From contig CAYOAN010000007.1 in the NCBI GenBank assembly GCA_964402065.1, positions 21,174-85,173 on the forward strand: a DNA stretch of 64,000 bases, read 5' to 3'. This DNA comes from an uncultured Chthoniobacter sp. (lineage in GTDB: Bacteria > Verrucomicrobiota > Verrucomicrobiia > Chthoniobacterales > UBA6821). The translations under genes and the position numbers were made by a program. Under the pieces are notes generated by a model. That model worked only from the letters and a program-made list of their open reading frames with translations, had not been told where the DNA came from and did no database searches. Below, piece after piece: positions 9,566-18,376 of this stretch. Position 1 is the stretch's first letter. Each line of letters starts with the position of its first letter.

Positions 9566-10585
9566 ATGACGATCAAAGAAGTACGAGCAGCAACGGGTAA
9601 TGGTGCTGCTTGCGAGGCAACTGTTGCTGCTCAAGCTGAGGCCGTCATTCGCAAAGAAACAGCCGCAGGAAAACCTTATTACGAGTTATTACTAAGGGAT
9701 GCTACAGGCACTTTAATGCTGCGTGCTTGGAACGACCGCCCTTCCTTTACTGCGTGCCAAGAAATCGCGTCGGGATCCTTTGTGAAAGCTTCAGGAACTT
9801 TTGTACAAGGTTCCTTCGGACTTGATGCTGCTAACTGGAATCTTGAGCTCCTCTTAGAAGCAGAAATCACATCGCTCTTAGAAGGTTCACCCGAACAGCA
9901 AGCAGCTCATGAAGCTGCCTACCAAGTGATTCTCACAGGGATCGCTCAACTTCAAGATCCAAGGCTTCAGCAACTCTGCGAGAAATTTTTAAATCAATAT
10001 GGCTCCCGCTTTCGCCGTGCAGCTGCCGCTCGCAACAACCACCATGCGCGACGTGGCGGCCTCCTTGATCATACAGCACGCATGATGCAGTCAGCCCAGG
10101 CATTGCTGCCAGTTTACTCTAACCTTAACGCTGATCTCTTAATTGCAGGTATTCTTTTCCATGATGTAGGAAAACTTTGGGAAACATGCCCACCTGCTCA
10201 AGGTTTTGGAATTTCTCCCGACTTGCGCGGAGAATTAATGGGACATCTCTCCATTGGTATTGAAATCGTCAATTCATTATGGCGAGAACTTCCCAAACAA
10301 GGCTGGGATCAACTAGAACCAAACTCTGAAGAAGTGCGCCTTCATTTACTCCATCTTATTGCGGCTCATCACGGCCAACTCGAATTTGGATCCCCGGTAT
10401 TGCCAAAAACGCCAGAAGCTATTGCACTTCATCTCATCGACAATATGGATGCACGCTTGGAAATGTTTGAGGAGGCCTACGCAAAAAATCAAGAAACCTC
10501 ATCAGGAATTTTTGAATGGTCAAGACCTCTCGGCGTTGCTCCGATTGCTCCTTTAAAAAGATGTTACAGTCTTGAAAATGGCTAG
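9566..10585 (+). CDS. OB-fold + HD-domain 3'-5' exoribonuclease (YhaM/Cbf1 family)
   Basis: N-terminal OB-like region, AAARNNHHARRGGLLDHT, ILFHDVGK, GELMGH, HLIAAHHGQLEFGSPVLPKTPEA, IDNMDAR. Confidence 0.87.
   Translation: MTIKEVRAATGNGAACEATVAAQAEAVIRKETAAGKPYYELLLRDATGTLMLRAWNDRPSFTACQEIASGSFVKASGTFVQGSFGLDAANWNLELLLEAEITSLLEGSPEQQAAHEAAYQVILTGIAQLQDPRLQQLCEKFLNQYGSRFRRAAAARNNHHARRGGLLDHTARMMQSAQALLPVYSNLNADLLIAGILFHDVGKLWETCPPAQGFGISPDLRGELMGHLSIGIEIVNSLWRELPKQGWDQLEPNSEEVRLHLLHLIAAHHGQLEFGSPVLPKTPEAIALHLIDNMDARLEMFEEAYAKNQETSSGIFEWSRPLGVAPIAPLKRCYSLENG
10496..10559 (+). repeat. 64-bp direct repeat, copy 1 (left boundary of the FGE islet)
   Basis: 61/64 identical to 14449-14512; encodes the YhaM C-terminus on the + strand. 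Confidence 0.95.
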
Positions 10586-10939
10586 CCCGAATCTTGTTAC
10601 CAAGAAAATTATAAAGTCTGATGAGGCTGAGCTGGCGTAGCAGTTTGATGTGATCTCCCCCTCCTCTTTTCTTACCCTGCTCAACTCAACGTTTCTTTGT
10701 TTTGCCTCAACTATTCTTCCCTTGTCCGCTCGCCTTATCTAGTGAGAAAGCTCTTATACCATCTTTATGAATGAGCAGGACTATGAGCAGCAAGAAGTTT
10801 GGTGTGTGACAAGACCATCAGCGGTCAACAAGAACGGGGCCGATGGTCCAAATAAGGAAAGAAGGCTGGTATTAAACAAAAAGTGCAAGCGTATAGCGTA
10901 CCCTTATTGATTTGCTACGCTATAAGTAAAAAACTAATG

Positions 10940-10981
10940 GACTGGCACCAAAATACGCAATATCAGGGACTGACCCCTATT
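10940..10981. repeat. 42-bp REP-like element, copy 1
   Basis: GACTGGCACCAAAATACGCAATATCAGGGACTGACCCCTATT, identical to 58565-58606. Confidence 0.9.
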
Positions 10982-10989
10982 TTTTTAGG

Positions 10990-13900
10990 CTAAAGCATTA
11001 GTGGTATTGCGGGCAAAACGTATCGAAAGATACTATCAATTAACATTCCAATACCAATTCTAGGGTCGTTGTTTAAATTTGGTGATTCTAATTCGTAAGA
11101 TAGCACTTCATAGCCAGCAACCATTAACCCTAATGGAATAATAATTGCTGCCGCTGGTGATGCAAAAAACCCTACTGCAGCTGACTCAGCTGTTAAAGCA
11201 GATGCTGCGGCTGCTGCAGAAGCATCTGCGGCTGCTAGCTGACTCTCAGCTACAGCAAAAAGTTCTCCCTCCCCCATTGAGCTTAAATTTGGCAATTGTG
11301 TTGTCATCCTTGGCAAAGCTTGTGAGGTCGTTGCTTCTGCAGTTGGTATTACTCCCCCCCTCTCTCTTATGTAATTACTTAGCCACCCCCTACAAAACAG
11401 CCAGTAGCTTTGCATGCTACGCATATCACGATCAGCTGCTTGCAATACTGGTAATCTTCTACTTTGTATAGGTGAAAATAAAAAATCATAGATAGTTTTT
11501 ATCCATCCCGAAAACCATTCGCCTGCTTGCAGACCGAAGCAATTTGTTATTTTTTGAAAGATGTTAGAGAAGAGCGCTCCTAAAAAGTAAGTGAGAGAAT
11601 TATATATGTTTGCCAAGACCTCTCCGACGCTAACTCCTATTGTGTAGTATATGAAATTAAAAAACCATTCCCCTGTATTTGAAATAATTTTGGATGGAGT
11701 TTCTTTAAGATCATTCCAAATGGTATTTCCTGCGAACTCTATTGTTTTATAAAATGACTGTGCAAAGCTTGGCACTTGTAGTGCAGCTGGCTCCACATTG
11801 TAAACAACTCGGAAACCTAGTACACTATTAGCTTCTGTAGGTTCTTCAACAAAGAAGCGTGAGTAGCGCAGGTCTTCGTAGCCTTGCGATGCCCAAGAAC
11901 CACCACGAACAACAATCTTATCACTAGCACTAGCTGAAAGAGTGAGTGTCCATTGATTCACGTTCCCTGCCATATCATAAAGACCATAAGCGCTCTTTGT
12001 GCTTTCAAAAGTTCCAACGGGAGTCACGTAAGGCGCTGTCAATGTTGCAAAGCTTCGCCCTGTACAATAGTTAGCTGAATTAGTTGAAGTTTTATCGATA
12101 AGATTATTGTTAGGAACTTGATACGATCCAGTCCCAAAGGCTGCATAAAAGCCAGCGACCCCTAGTTGAGGCGGTTGGTAATAGGCTGCCTTGTACCATT
12201 GATCTTCTGTTGGAAGAAGCCACTTTGGATTATTTGTTGAAACTGTGAATACACCTGCCTCATCCGAGTTAAAAGACCCACTCTCTGTTACCCCAATAGT
12301 TTCATCTCCAAGAGGCTGGTCATTTTCTAGCCAATTACAAAATCTTAGTGCTGAAAACCAATTAACATAAGTGATTGGAAACTTTTCTCTGCCTGGCCAA
12401 GGAAAATAGCTAAATCCAACATTCGTATTTCCATAGCGCATAATGCAAGCAACATTAGTGTCTGAGGTCATCTCAGACTGATAGAGATGATGAGGATCTG
12501 AATGAGCGGCAACTGCATTTAAGAAGGCACAATATTGCTCTGCTGTAACATCATATTTTGAAATTTGATATCCCTTGGCAACCGATCCGCAGCTAATTGA
12601 ATCTGGTGACTTGTCTATGGGATTATTAGGATCTCGGATAGGAACCAGATCTTTCATGAGGTCGATATGAGTAACAATGGAAGAAGATGGTCTATTGCAA
12701 ACTACACGAAAGCCAATCAGCGGGCTTGCAGCTCCGGTACTAATGAGGTGAGCTTTTGAGCTTAGGTCATCACTACTCTCTGAGTTCCATGCCCCACCTT
12801 TGATAATGATATTATTTCCTGTTGCATCAAAGGTAGAAGTCCATTGACTAACCTCTCCTGCCATATCGTAAGCGCCCCAGGGACTCCGCGAATTACTGAA
12901 TGAGCCAACAGGCGTAATGCGAGGTTGTTTAAGAGTCGTGAATGATCCATGGAAACAATAATTAGCGCCGTTAACAGCAGTAGCCTCTGCCCATTGATTT
13001 TCTGGAGGGTTCATGCTTCCCGTCCCAAAGGCGCAATAGCTTCCAGGAATTTTATTATCACCTGCCGGCTGATAATAGGCTGCCTTATGCCACTGATCAT
13101 CTGTTGGCAAGGACCAGAGTGCTTCAGGTGAAAGGTTAGCCATGTTATTAGTAAAGGTGCTAGCACTAGCAAGATCATAGGAACCCTTTTCTGTTGCAGT
13201 GTCAGGTAGCCCCTCAGTTGGCTGTCCATTTTCTAGCCAGTTACAAAACCTTAATGCAGCATACCAACTGACATAAGTAATCGGAAATTTTTCTCGATCC
13301 TTTATTGTTGTATACGTATACCCACTAGCAGCATCGCCAGATCGCACAATGCAAGCAACATCAAGATCTGAGGACATATTTGTATTATAAAGTAAGTGAG
13401 GATCACTCTTCTTTGCTACGGCATTGAGGAAAGCACAGTACTCCTCAGCAGTGACATCATAAGCTCCAATTTGATAAGGCATTGCAACAGAGCCCGCTCC
13501 TGTAGCACTACCGAGAGGAGCATGGTTTTTTGCTACTCCAGAAGTATCAGGAGGGTTGTTAGGTGCTCCTACCTCAACAAGCCTAATATTAATTTGACTC
13601 GTGTTACTACTCGGTCCAACACCCCCCATGACTAGCGTGCTGTTTAAAAAGGAATTGTTAAAACTACTTTCGCGAAACGTTGAATGATACACCCCGTTCA
13701 GTGAGGAACAATTTCCCAAGCTACTATCGCCATTTAAAGTAGTTTCAGCGGGAGCAAGAGAAGTTCTGCTCTGATTATGAGTATCTGTTAAAGAAGGATT
13801 AAAAGTCGACGTCGCCATACAAAAACCAACATGTTCAAACGCAAGATAAGGATCATTATTTTGGACACTACTCTCTTGTCCGGTTGTATCGACAAGATAT

Positions 13901-14358
13901 TTTTCAGGGAGAAAAAAAGTTGCTCCAGGAACTAAAAAAAACCGAGAAACCTCAGCTCCTTGATCCAGTGCCGTTAAATCATAGGCCCCGGCCTCTGTTG
14001 TTTTGCTGTCCTGAAGACCGACCGGACCGTGCTGCGATTTCCAATTGCAATAGCGGATAGCTGAAAGTTGAGAAACATAGGTGATTGGAAGGGTTGCTTT
14101 CAACGGATTACAACTGTAGGAATAGTTCCCCGGATCGCCACTACGAGTAATAATGATCCCACTTTCTCCATTTTCTCCCATTTTAGGGTTATAAACCCCA
14201 TAAGTATCTGTTTTAGCAATGCAGTTTAAAAACTCAGTATACTCTGAAACCCTAATAATCGAAGTGCACTCAGAAGAACCAACTTGCTGGGAAAAAAGAG
14301 AACTCGCACAAAGCAATACTATACTAAAAAAAATTAAGATCTTTCGAAACCTAGTCAT
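10990..14358 (-). CDS. Secreted protein with three tandem FGE-sulfatase (SUMF1/EgtB/PvdO-like, C-type-lectin fold) modules and a hydrophobic C-terminal extension
   Basis: Signal peptide; repeated YDVTAE(E/Q)YCAFLNAVA, FPITYV(S/N)W, LPT(D/E)DQW(H/Y)KAAYY, YDMAG(E/N)V(S/N)QW, GG(A/S)W, GFRVV; the first module is degenerate. Confidence 0.85.
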   Translation of the reverse strand: MTRFRKILIFFSIVLLCASSLFSQQVGSSECTSIIRVSEYTEFLNCIAKTDTYGVYNPKMGENGESGIIITRSGDPGNYSYSCNPLKATLPITYVSQLSAIRYCNWKSQHGPVGLQDSKTTEAGAYDLTALDQGAEVSRFFLVPGATFFLPEKYLVDTTGQESSVQNNDPYLAFEHVGFCMATSTFNPSLTDTHNQSRTSLAPAETTLNGDSSLGNCSSLNGVYHSTFRESSFNNSFLNSTLVMGGVGPSSNTSQINIRLVEVGAPNNPPDTSGVAKNHAPLGSATGAGSVAMPYQIGAYDVTAEEYCAFLNAVAKKSDPHLLYNTNMSSDLDVACIVRSGDAASGYTYTTIKDREKFPITYVSWYAALRFCNWLENGQPTEGLPDTATEKGSYDLASASTFTNNMANLSPEALWSLPTDDQWHKAAYYQPAGDNKIPGSYCAFGTGSMNPPENQWAEATAVNGANYCFHGSFTTLKQPRITPVGSFSNSRSPWGAYDMAGEVSQWTSTFDATGNNIIIKGGAWNSESSDDLSSKAHLISTGAASPLIGFRVVCNRPSSSIVTHIDLMKDLVPIRDPNNPIDKSPDSISCGSVAKGYQISKYDVTAEQYCAFLNAVAAHSDPHHLYQSEMTSDTNVACIMRYGNTNVGFSYFPWPGREKFPITYVNWFSALRFCNWLENDQPLGDETIGVTESGSFNSDEAGVFTVSTNNPKWLLPTEDQWYKAAYYQPPQLGVAGFYAAFGTGSYQVPNNNLIDKTSTNSANYCTGRSFATLTAPYVTPVGTFESTKSAYGLYDMAGNVNQWTLTLSASASDKIVVRGGSWASQGYEDLRYSRFFVEEPTEANSVLGFRVVYNVEPAALQVPSFAQSFYKTIEFAGNTIWNDLKETPSKIISNTGEWFFNFIYYTIGVSVGEVLANIYNSLTYFLGALFSNIFQKITNCFGLQAGEWFSGWIKTIYDFLFSPIQSRRLPVLQAADRDMRSMQSYWLFCRGWLSNYIRERGGVIPTAEATTSQALPRMTTQLPNLSSMGEGELFAVAESQLAAADASAAAAASALTAESAAVGFFASPAAAIIIPLGLMVAGYEVLSYELESPNLNNDPRIGIGMLIDSIFRYVLPAIPLML

Positions 14359-14441
14359 CGGGAGGAAATGTTAAGGATATAAAAATTGATACTTTGATCT
14401 GAACTTCACAAAGGTAATAACAATTCTTTAAACTTCAAATT

Positions 14442-15362
14442 TTAAAATACCTCACCAGGAATTTTTGAATGGTCACGACCTTTCGGCGTTGCTCCGATTG
14501 CTCCTTTAAAAAAATATTGTGCCGCGAACAATAGTGTTAGATAAACTCTCCAACGGCTTATTTTCAACCTCTCTACATTGGGATGTTTTTTGAGTAATGC
14601 CAATGTTTGTTGCCCTAGAAGAAGAGGCAATGCAAAAGCAGCTTTCATTCGGCCCGGATTCAAAGCATTCACATAAATCCTTCCCTGCTGTAAGTATTTA
14701 TTAGCTTGCGTGTGATAAAACGCCTTTTCTTTTTCTAAAAAATAAAAGCGCTCTTGCCGCTGGTCGTGAGAAAAATCGCGCAAGAGGTTCACAAGTTGTA
14801 ATCCCTTTCCATAATCGACGGCTAAGTTTTCCAGCATTTTCAAAGAAGTTATAGCAAAATTTGGAAAAGCTTCATGCGCCAATCGCGTCAAAAATTCTCC
14901 CACCGAGCCTGCCACCAAATACAAATATTTTTCTAATTCATCTGCCGAAAAATTTTTCCGTTCTTGCTGATATCGAAGATCCATTAGCTGACCTTCTAAA
15001 ATTTTTTCCCAGACCTCGTTGATACAAGCAACTTCAAAAGCACTATATTTCTCACTTTGGAGCAATGCTAACATTTCAGGAAGTTGTTCTATTAATTGTT
15101 GCTCTTGTTGAGAAAAATTTTTCCACTGTTCGCTTTTTTTCCAAAGCAACAAGCCCTCTGCCTTTCCTTTCGCAACCGACTTCAACAAGGTCAAAGTTTT
15201 TTCTCGCTCAGAAAAAGAGATTTTTCCCTCGTCAGCAATGGTGTCAGAGGCACGCGCCAAGAGATATGCTAGTGCTACCGGTTCGCAAATTTTTGAAGGA
15301 AGCAACCAAACCGTCAGATAAAAAGAACGCGCCACACTTTTTAATAATGGAAAAACTCTCAT
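14442..15362 (-). CDS. Squalene/phytoene synthase family protein
   Basis: LLKSVARSFYLT, AYLLARASDTIADE, YLYLVAGSVGEF, GKGLQLVNLLRD. Confidence 0.85.
   Translation of the reverse strand: MRVFPLLKSVARSFYLTVWLLPSKICEPVALAYLLARASDTIADEGKISFSEREKTLTLLKSVAKGKAEGLLLWKKSEQWKNFSQQEQQLIEQLPEMLALLQSEKYSAFEVACINEVWEKILEGQLMDLRYQQERKNFSADELEKYLYLVAGSVGEFLTRLAHEAFPNFAITSLKMLENLAVDYGKGLQLVNLLRDFSHDQRQERFYFLEKEKAFYHTQANKYLQQGRIYVNALNPGRMKAAFALPLLLGQQTLALLKKHPNVERLKISRWRVYLTLLFAAQYFFKGAIGATPKGRDHSKIPGEVF
14449..14512 (+). repeat. 64-bp direct repeat, copy 2 (right boundary of the FGE islet)
   Basis: 61/64 identical to 10496-10559; encodes the synthase C-terminus on the - strand. Confidence 0.95.
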
Positions 15363-16489
15363 GGTAGCTTCACACGAATTGTTTGCATGTTTTTTGCACT
15401 TCCAATTCCTGCTGCTTTGGCTGCCTGAATGTGATCAGCAAGGCCTTCTATTTTGGGCAAATTAACGTTTTGTCGCTCTTGATTGATCAAGATGAGAGCT
15501 GTGGCATCAAGAGCCACCGGATCTCGAGAAGCCAAAAGCATTCCGTAAGGGACAACATGCAATGGGTCCGATTGAGGGCCGCCAGCATATTGTAGCATCA
15601 GCCCATCCATAATGTTCATGATGACCTTGGAGCGAATTAGATCCGTTTGATAGATGTCCCCAGCATAGGGACTTCCAAAATAAGGAGCCTTCACAAAACG
15701 TCTCCAATTATCAATCACACCAAGGCTCATGTTAATAAGCGCTCCATTGATACCCGCATACCAACTGTCACAGAGAGATGGTACGTTAATGATCTTATCA
15801 ACCTGCTGCGTCACAAATAAAGCGTAGTGACTCTCATTGCTATATTGTTCTTGTCGTATGAGCGATTCTTGAAATGAACTTGGCTTTTCTTTGAATGCAA
15901 AGTCTCCATAGACCAATTGGCCAATTAATGGATGAGCAAATACTTTTTCAGGATCATATCCACTTCCATATTCCATCCATCGCAATTGAAGTCCTGGACG
16001 TTTCGTAAAACCGGTTTTCTCTAAATCTTGACGTCGTCGATCAGCAATGAAGATATGATTTCGCTCCACACCAGCTTCCAAAAGCTGCTCAACAAGCGCT
16101 TCCACAAGCTTCGGATGCGTTCCTCCTAACACTCCAGGCTCAGTGGCTATCTTGATTCCAACACGATCTCCATCTTTGCCCACTTTCAACAACGACTGCC
16201 ATCCCTTTTTTACATCGGGTTGATGTGTGGCTGCACAAACAAGTAAACTAAGCATTGAATGCACCAAGTGAGAATCAATCTTCAGCTGTGACGAGACAAC
16301 ATGCCCACTGGAAATAAAAAAAACCTGTGATTTTGAAATTGGAGTGGGGCCCGCTTCTGGCGAGGCTGCTTGCAGTTCAGCATTAGGCTCCGTTATTGGA
16401 GAAGGAACTGAAATTCTTGGCTGAGGCAGAGGAGTTGAGAAAAGCCTTCCACAACAAAATAAAGCTCCACCGAGTAATAATAATCTCAT
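15359..16489 (-). CDS. DUF362-like domain protein with N-terminal signal
   Basis: [50 protein letters not shown] pattern. Confidence 0.65.
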   Translation of the reverse strand: MRLLLLGGALFCCGRLFSTPLPQPRISVPSPITEPNAELQAASPEAGPTPISKSQVFFISSGHVVSSQLKIDSHLVHSMLSLLVCAATHQPDVKKGWQSLLKVGKDGDRVGIKIATEPGVLGGTHPKLVEALVEQLLEAGVERNHIFIADRRRQDLEKTGFTKRPGLQLRWMEYGSGYDPEKVFAHPLIGQLVYGDFAFKEKPSSFQESLIRQEQYSNESHYALFVTQQVDKIINVPSLCDSWYAGINGALINMSLGVIDNWRRFVKAPYFGSPYAGDIYQTDLIRSKVIMNIMDGLMLQYAGGPQSDPLHVVPYGMLLASRDPVALDATALILINQERQNVNLPKIEGLADHIQAAKAAGIGSAKNMQTIRVKLP

Positions 16490-17169
16490 TGCTTAGAGCT
16501 AGTTTCTTCAACCTCACTCTTATTTTCTGCCTCTTGATAAAAGAGTTTCCCAATTTTAATTTTCTCTCGTCCGCGCGAAACACGCCAGCGATTGGTATCG
16601 CGCAGCGAATAAACACAACCACAATATTCTTGCTGATAAAATTCTTCTCGCTTAGAAATTTCCAACATCCGTCCAGATCCGCCTCCCTTGCGCCAATTGA
16701 AGGTCCAATAGATCAGTCCTGGATAATGAGAAGCAGCGCGGAGACCACTCTCATTAATTTGATTCATGTCTTTCCAACGAGAAATCCCAAGGCAACTGGT
16801 CATCACGGGAAAGCCTTTTTCATGAGCATGGAGCGCTGTTCGTTCAAATCGCATGTCAAAACACATCGAGCAACGCCGTCCCCTCTCCGGTTCAAATTCC
16901 ATTCCCTTCGCACGGGCAAACCAGTTGTCAGTATCATAGTCGGCATCGACAAAAGGAATATGATGCTTCTCAGCAAAGCGAATATTTTCTTCCTTCCTTA
17001 ATTCATATTCTTGACGTGGATGAATGTTAGGATTGTAGAAAAAAATTTCGATCTCAATTCCCGAAGCCAACATCGCCTCAATGACCTCACCAGAACAAGG
17101 TGCACAACAGGAATGAAGCATAACGCGCTTGTGGCCATCAGGTGGGAGATTTTGAATACGTTCAGTCAT
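16486..17169 (-). CDS. queH: Epoxyqueuosine reductase QueH
   Basis: [44 protein letters not shown]. Confidence 0.9.
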   Translation of the reverse strand: MTERIQNLPPDGHKRVMLHSCCAPCSGEVIEAMLASGIEIEIFFYNPNIHPRQEYELRKEENIRFAEKHHIPFVDADYDTDNWFARAKGMEFEPERGRRCSMCFDMRFERTALHAHEKGFPVMTSCLGISRWKDMNQINESGLRAASHYPGLIYWTFNWRKGGGSGRMLEISKREEFYQQEYCGCVYSLRDTNRWRVSRGREKIKIGKLFYQEAENKSEVEETSSKQ

Positions 17170-17188
17170 TATAGAAAAAGAAGACAAT

Positions 17189-17258
17189 TAACCACAAAGA
17201 ACACAAATAACACAAAGAATTAAATTTCTTTTTTGGAGCCTTCTGTCTCCTTGCGATA
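17189..17258. repeat. Short ACCACAAAGAACACAAA-type intergenic repeat/hairpin
   Basis: AACCACAAAGAACACAAATAACACAAAG arm with a degenerate complementary arm; a related element lies at 31048-31118. Confidence 0.4.
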
Positions 17259-17269
17259 AATTCTCTTTT

Positions 17270-17842
17270 TTATTTTTTGGCAAATACCATCACTCTTTCT
17301 TGAGCATCAAGCTCTCGCCAGGTTCCAACAGGCAACTCTCCTAATTCAAAGTTTCCAATTTTAATCCTTATTAACCTCAGCGTTGGATGTCCGATGCTAG
17401 CCGTCATCCGACGGACTTGGCGGTTTTTCCCCTCGATGAGTTCTAGTTCAATCCAACAATCAGGCACTGTTTTTCTCACTCGGATAGGAGGATTACGCGG
17501 AGAAATCACCGGCTGCGGATCAAGAATGCAGGCCCTCGCAGGAAGCGCGCGGTAATTTTCAATCATCATTCCACCTCGTTCAATTTTTCCTAACGCTTCC
17601 TTAGAAGGAATGCCCTCGACTTGTGCCCAATAAGAACGGCGATGAGCTTGTTTTGGATCAAGCAAACGTGTGTTGAGCCCTGCCTCATCGCTCAAGAGCA
17701 AGAGCCCCTCCGAATCAGCATCCAAGCGGCCCAATGGGTAGACATTTTTTGGAAAACCAAAGTCTGCCAGCGTTCGATTAGAAGAACCATCTGGCGTGAA
17801 TTGAGAAAGGCAACCGTAGGGTTTGTGAAAAGCTAAAAGCAT
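17270..17842 (-). CDS. rRNA pseudouridine synthase (RsuA/RluE family)
   Basis: FHKPYG, YPLGRLDADSEGLLLL, EGKNRQVRRMTASIGHPTLRLIR. Confidence 0.93.
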   Translation of the reverse strand: MLLAFHKPYGCLSQFTPDGSSNRTLADFGFPKNVYPLGRLDADSEGLLLLSDEAGLNTRLLDPKQAHRRSYWAQVEGIPSKEALGKIERGGMMIENYRALPARACILDPQPVISPRNPPIRVRKTVPDCWIELELIEGKNRQVRRMTASIGHPTLRLIRIKIGNFELGELPVGTWRELDAQERVMVFAKK

Positions 17843-18291
17843 AATGAAGACTCCAGGAAAGAGGATCTCTGTTTCCTACTAATTACAAAAGCAGCCAAGA
17901 GCAACAGTCCTCCAAAAATTAAGGACTTCCGTGAACAACGATCCGCTAAAAAACCTGCTACAAAGAAACCGCACGCATAGATCCACATGAAAGGAGAACC
18001 AATCAATCTCAGTTGCAACTTTGAAAAACCAAGCTCCCTAGACAACAGAGGAAAAATGGAAAAAATAATTTGTCGATCTGCATAGTTAAACATTTTCATT
18101 TCATAAGCGGACCCACATCCAGGAATGAGCACCCTTCCCACTGGTTTTATCAAACTTAAAACATCATTGAATATAGCAGGAATTCCATAAGTTTCCCATG
18201 GACGGTTCCCCGCTTGATAGCGCTCTTCCCAAAACAAATGGTTCGCAGGATCAGTAATAGATTTCACCTTTAGAAACCCCAACTGTATCAT
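17833..18291 (-). pseudogene. Chimeric remnant: thiopurine-methyltransferase-like N-terminus fused in frame to an MFS transporter fragment
   Basis: FWEERY...PWE...RVLIPGCGSAYE followed at about 18090 by FNYADRQIIFSIFP...GFLADRCSRKSLIFGGL; both parts are truncated. Confidence 0.7.
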
Positions 18292-18376
18292 ACACGATAA
18301 AATTGACTACGATTATTGCGACAGAGGTTGACATTCCGGCCGATTCTGACGATATTGTCTCCCCTTTTTTAATTTT

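Noticed and set aside
10767-10910. 47-codon ORF (MNEQDYEQQEVW...)
   Set aside because: No clear RBS or recognisable motif; overlaps hairpins
10943-10959. Sigma-54 promoter in the 42-bp repeat (TGGCAC...GC), tempting because rpoN is in the window
   Set aside because: Spacing is GG-N11-GC, not the required GG-N10-GC; TGGCAC at ~49231 and ~63575 also fail the spacing
10990-14358. Diversity-generating retroelement targeting the FGE modules
   Set aside because: No reverse transcriptase or avd gene, and no near-identical template repeat differing at adenines was seen in the window
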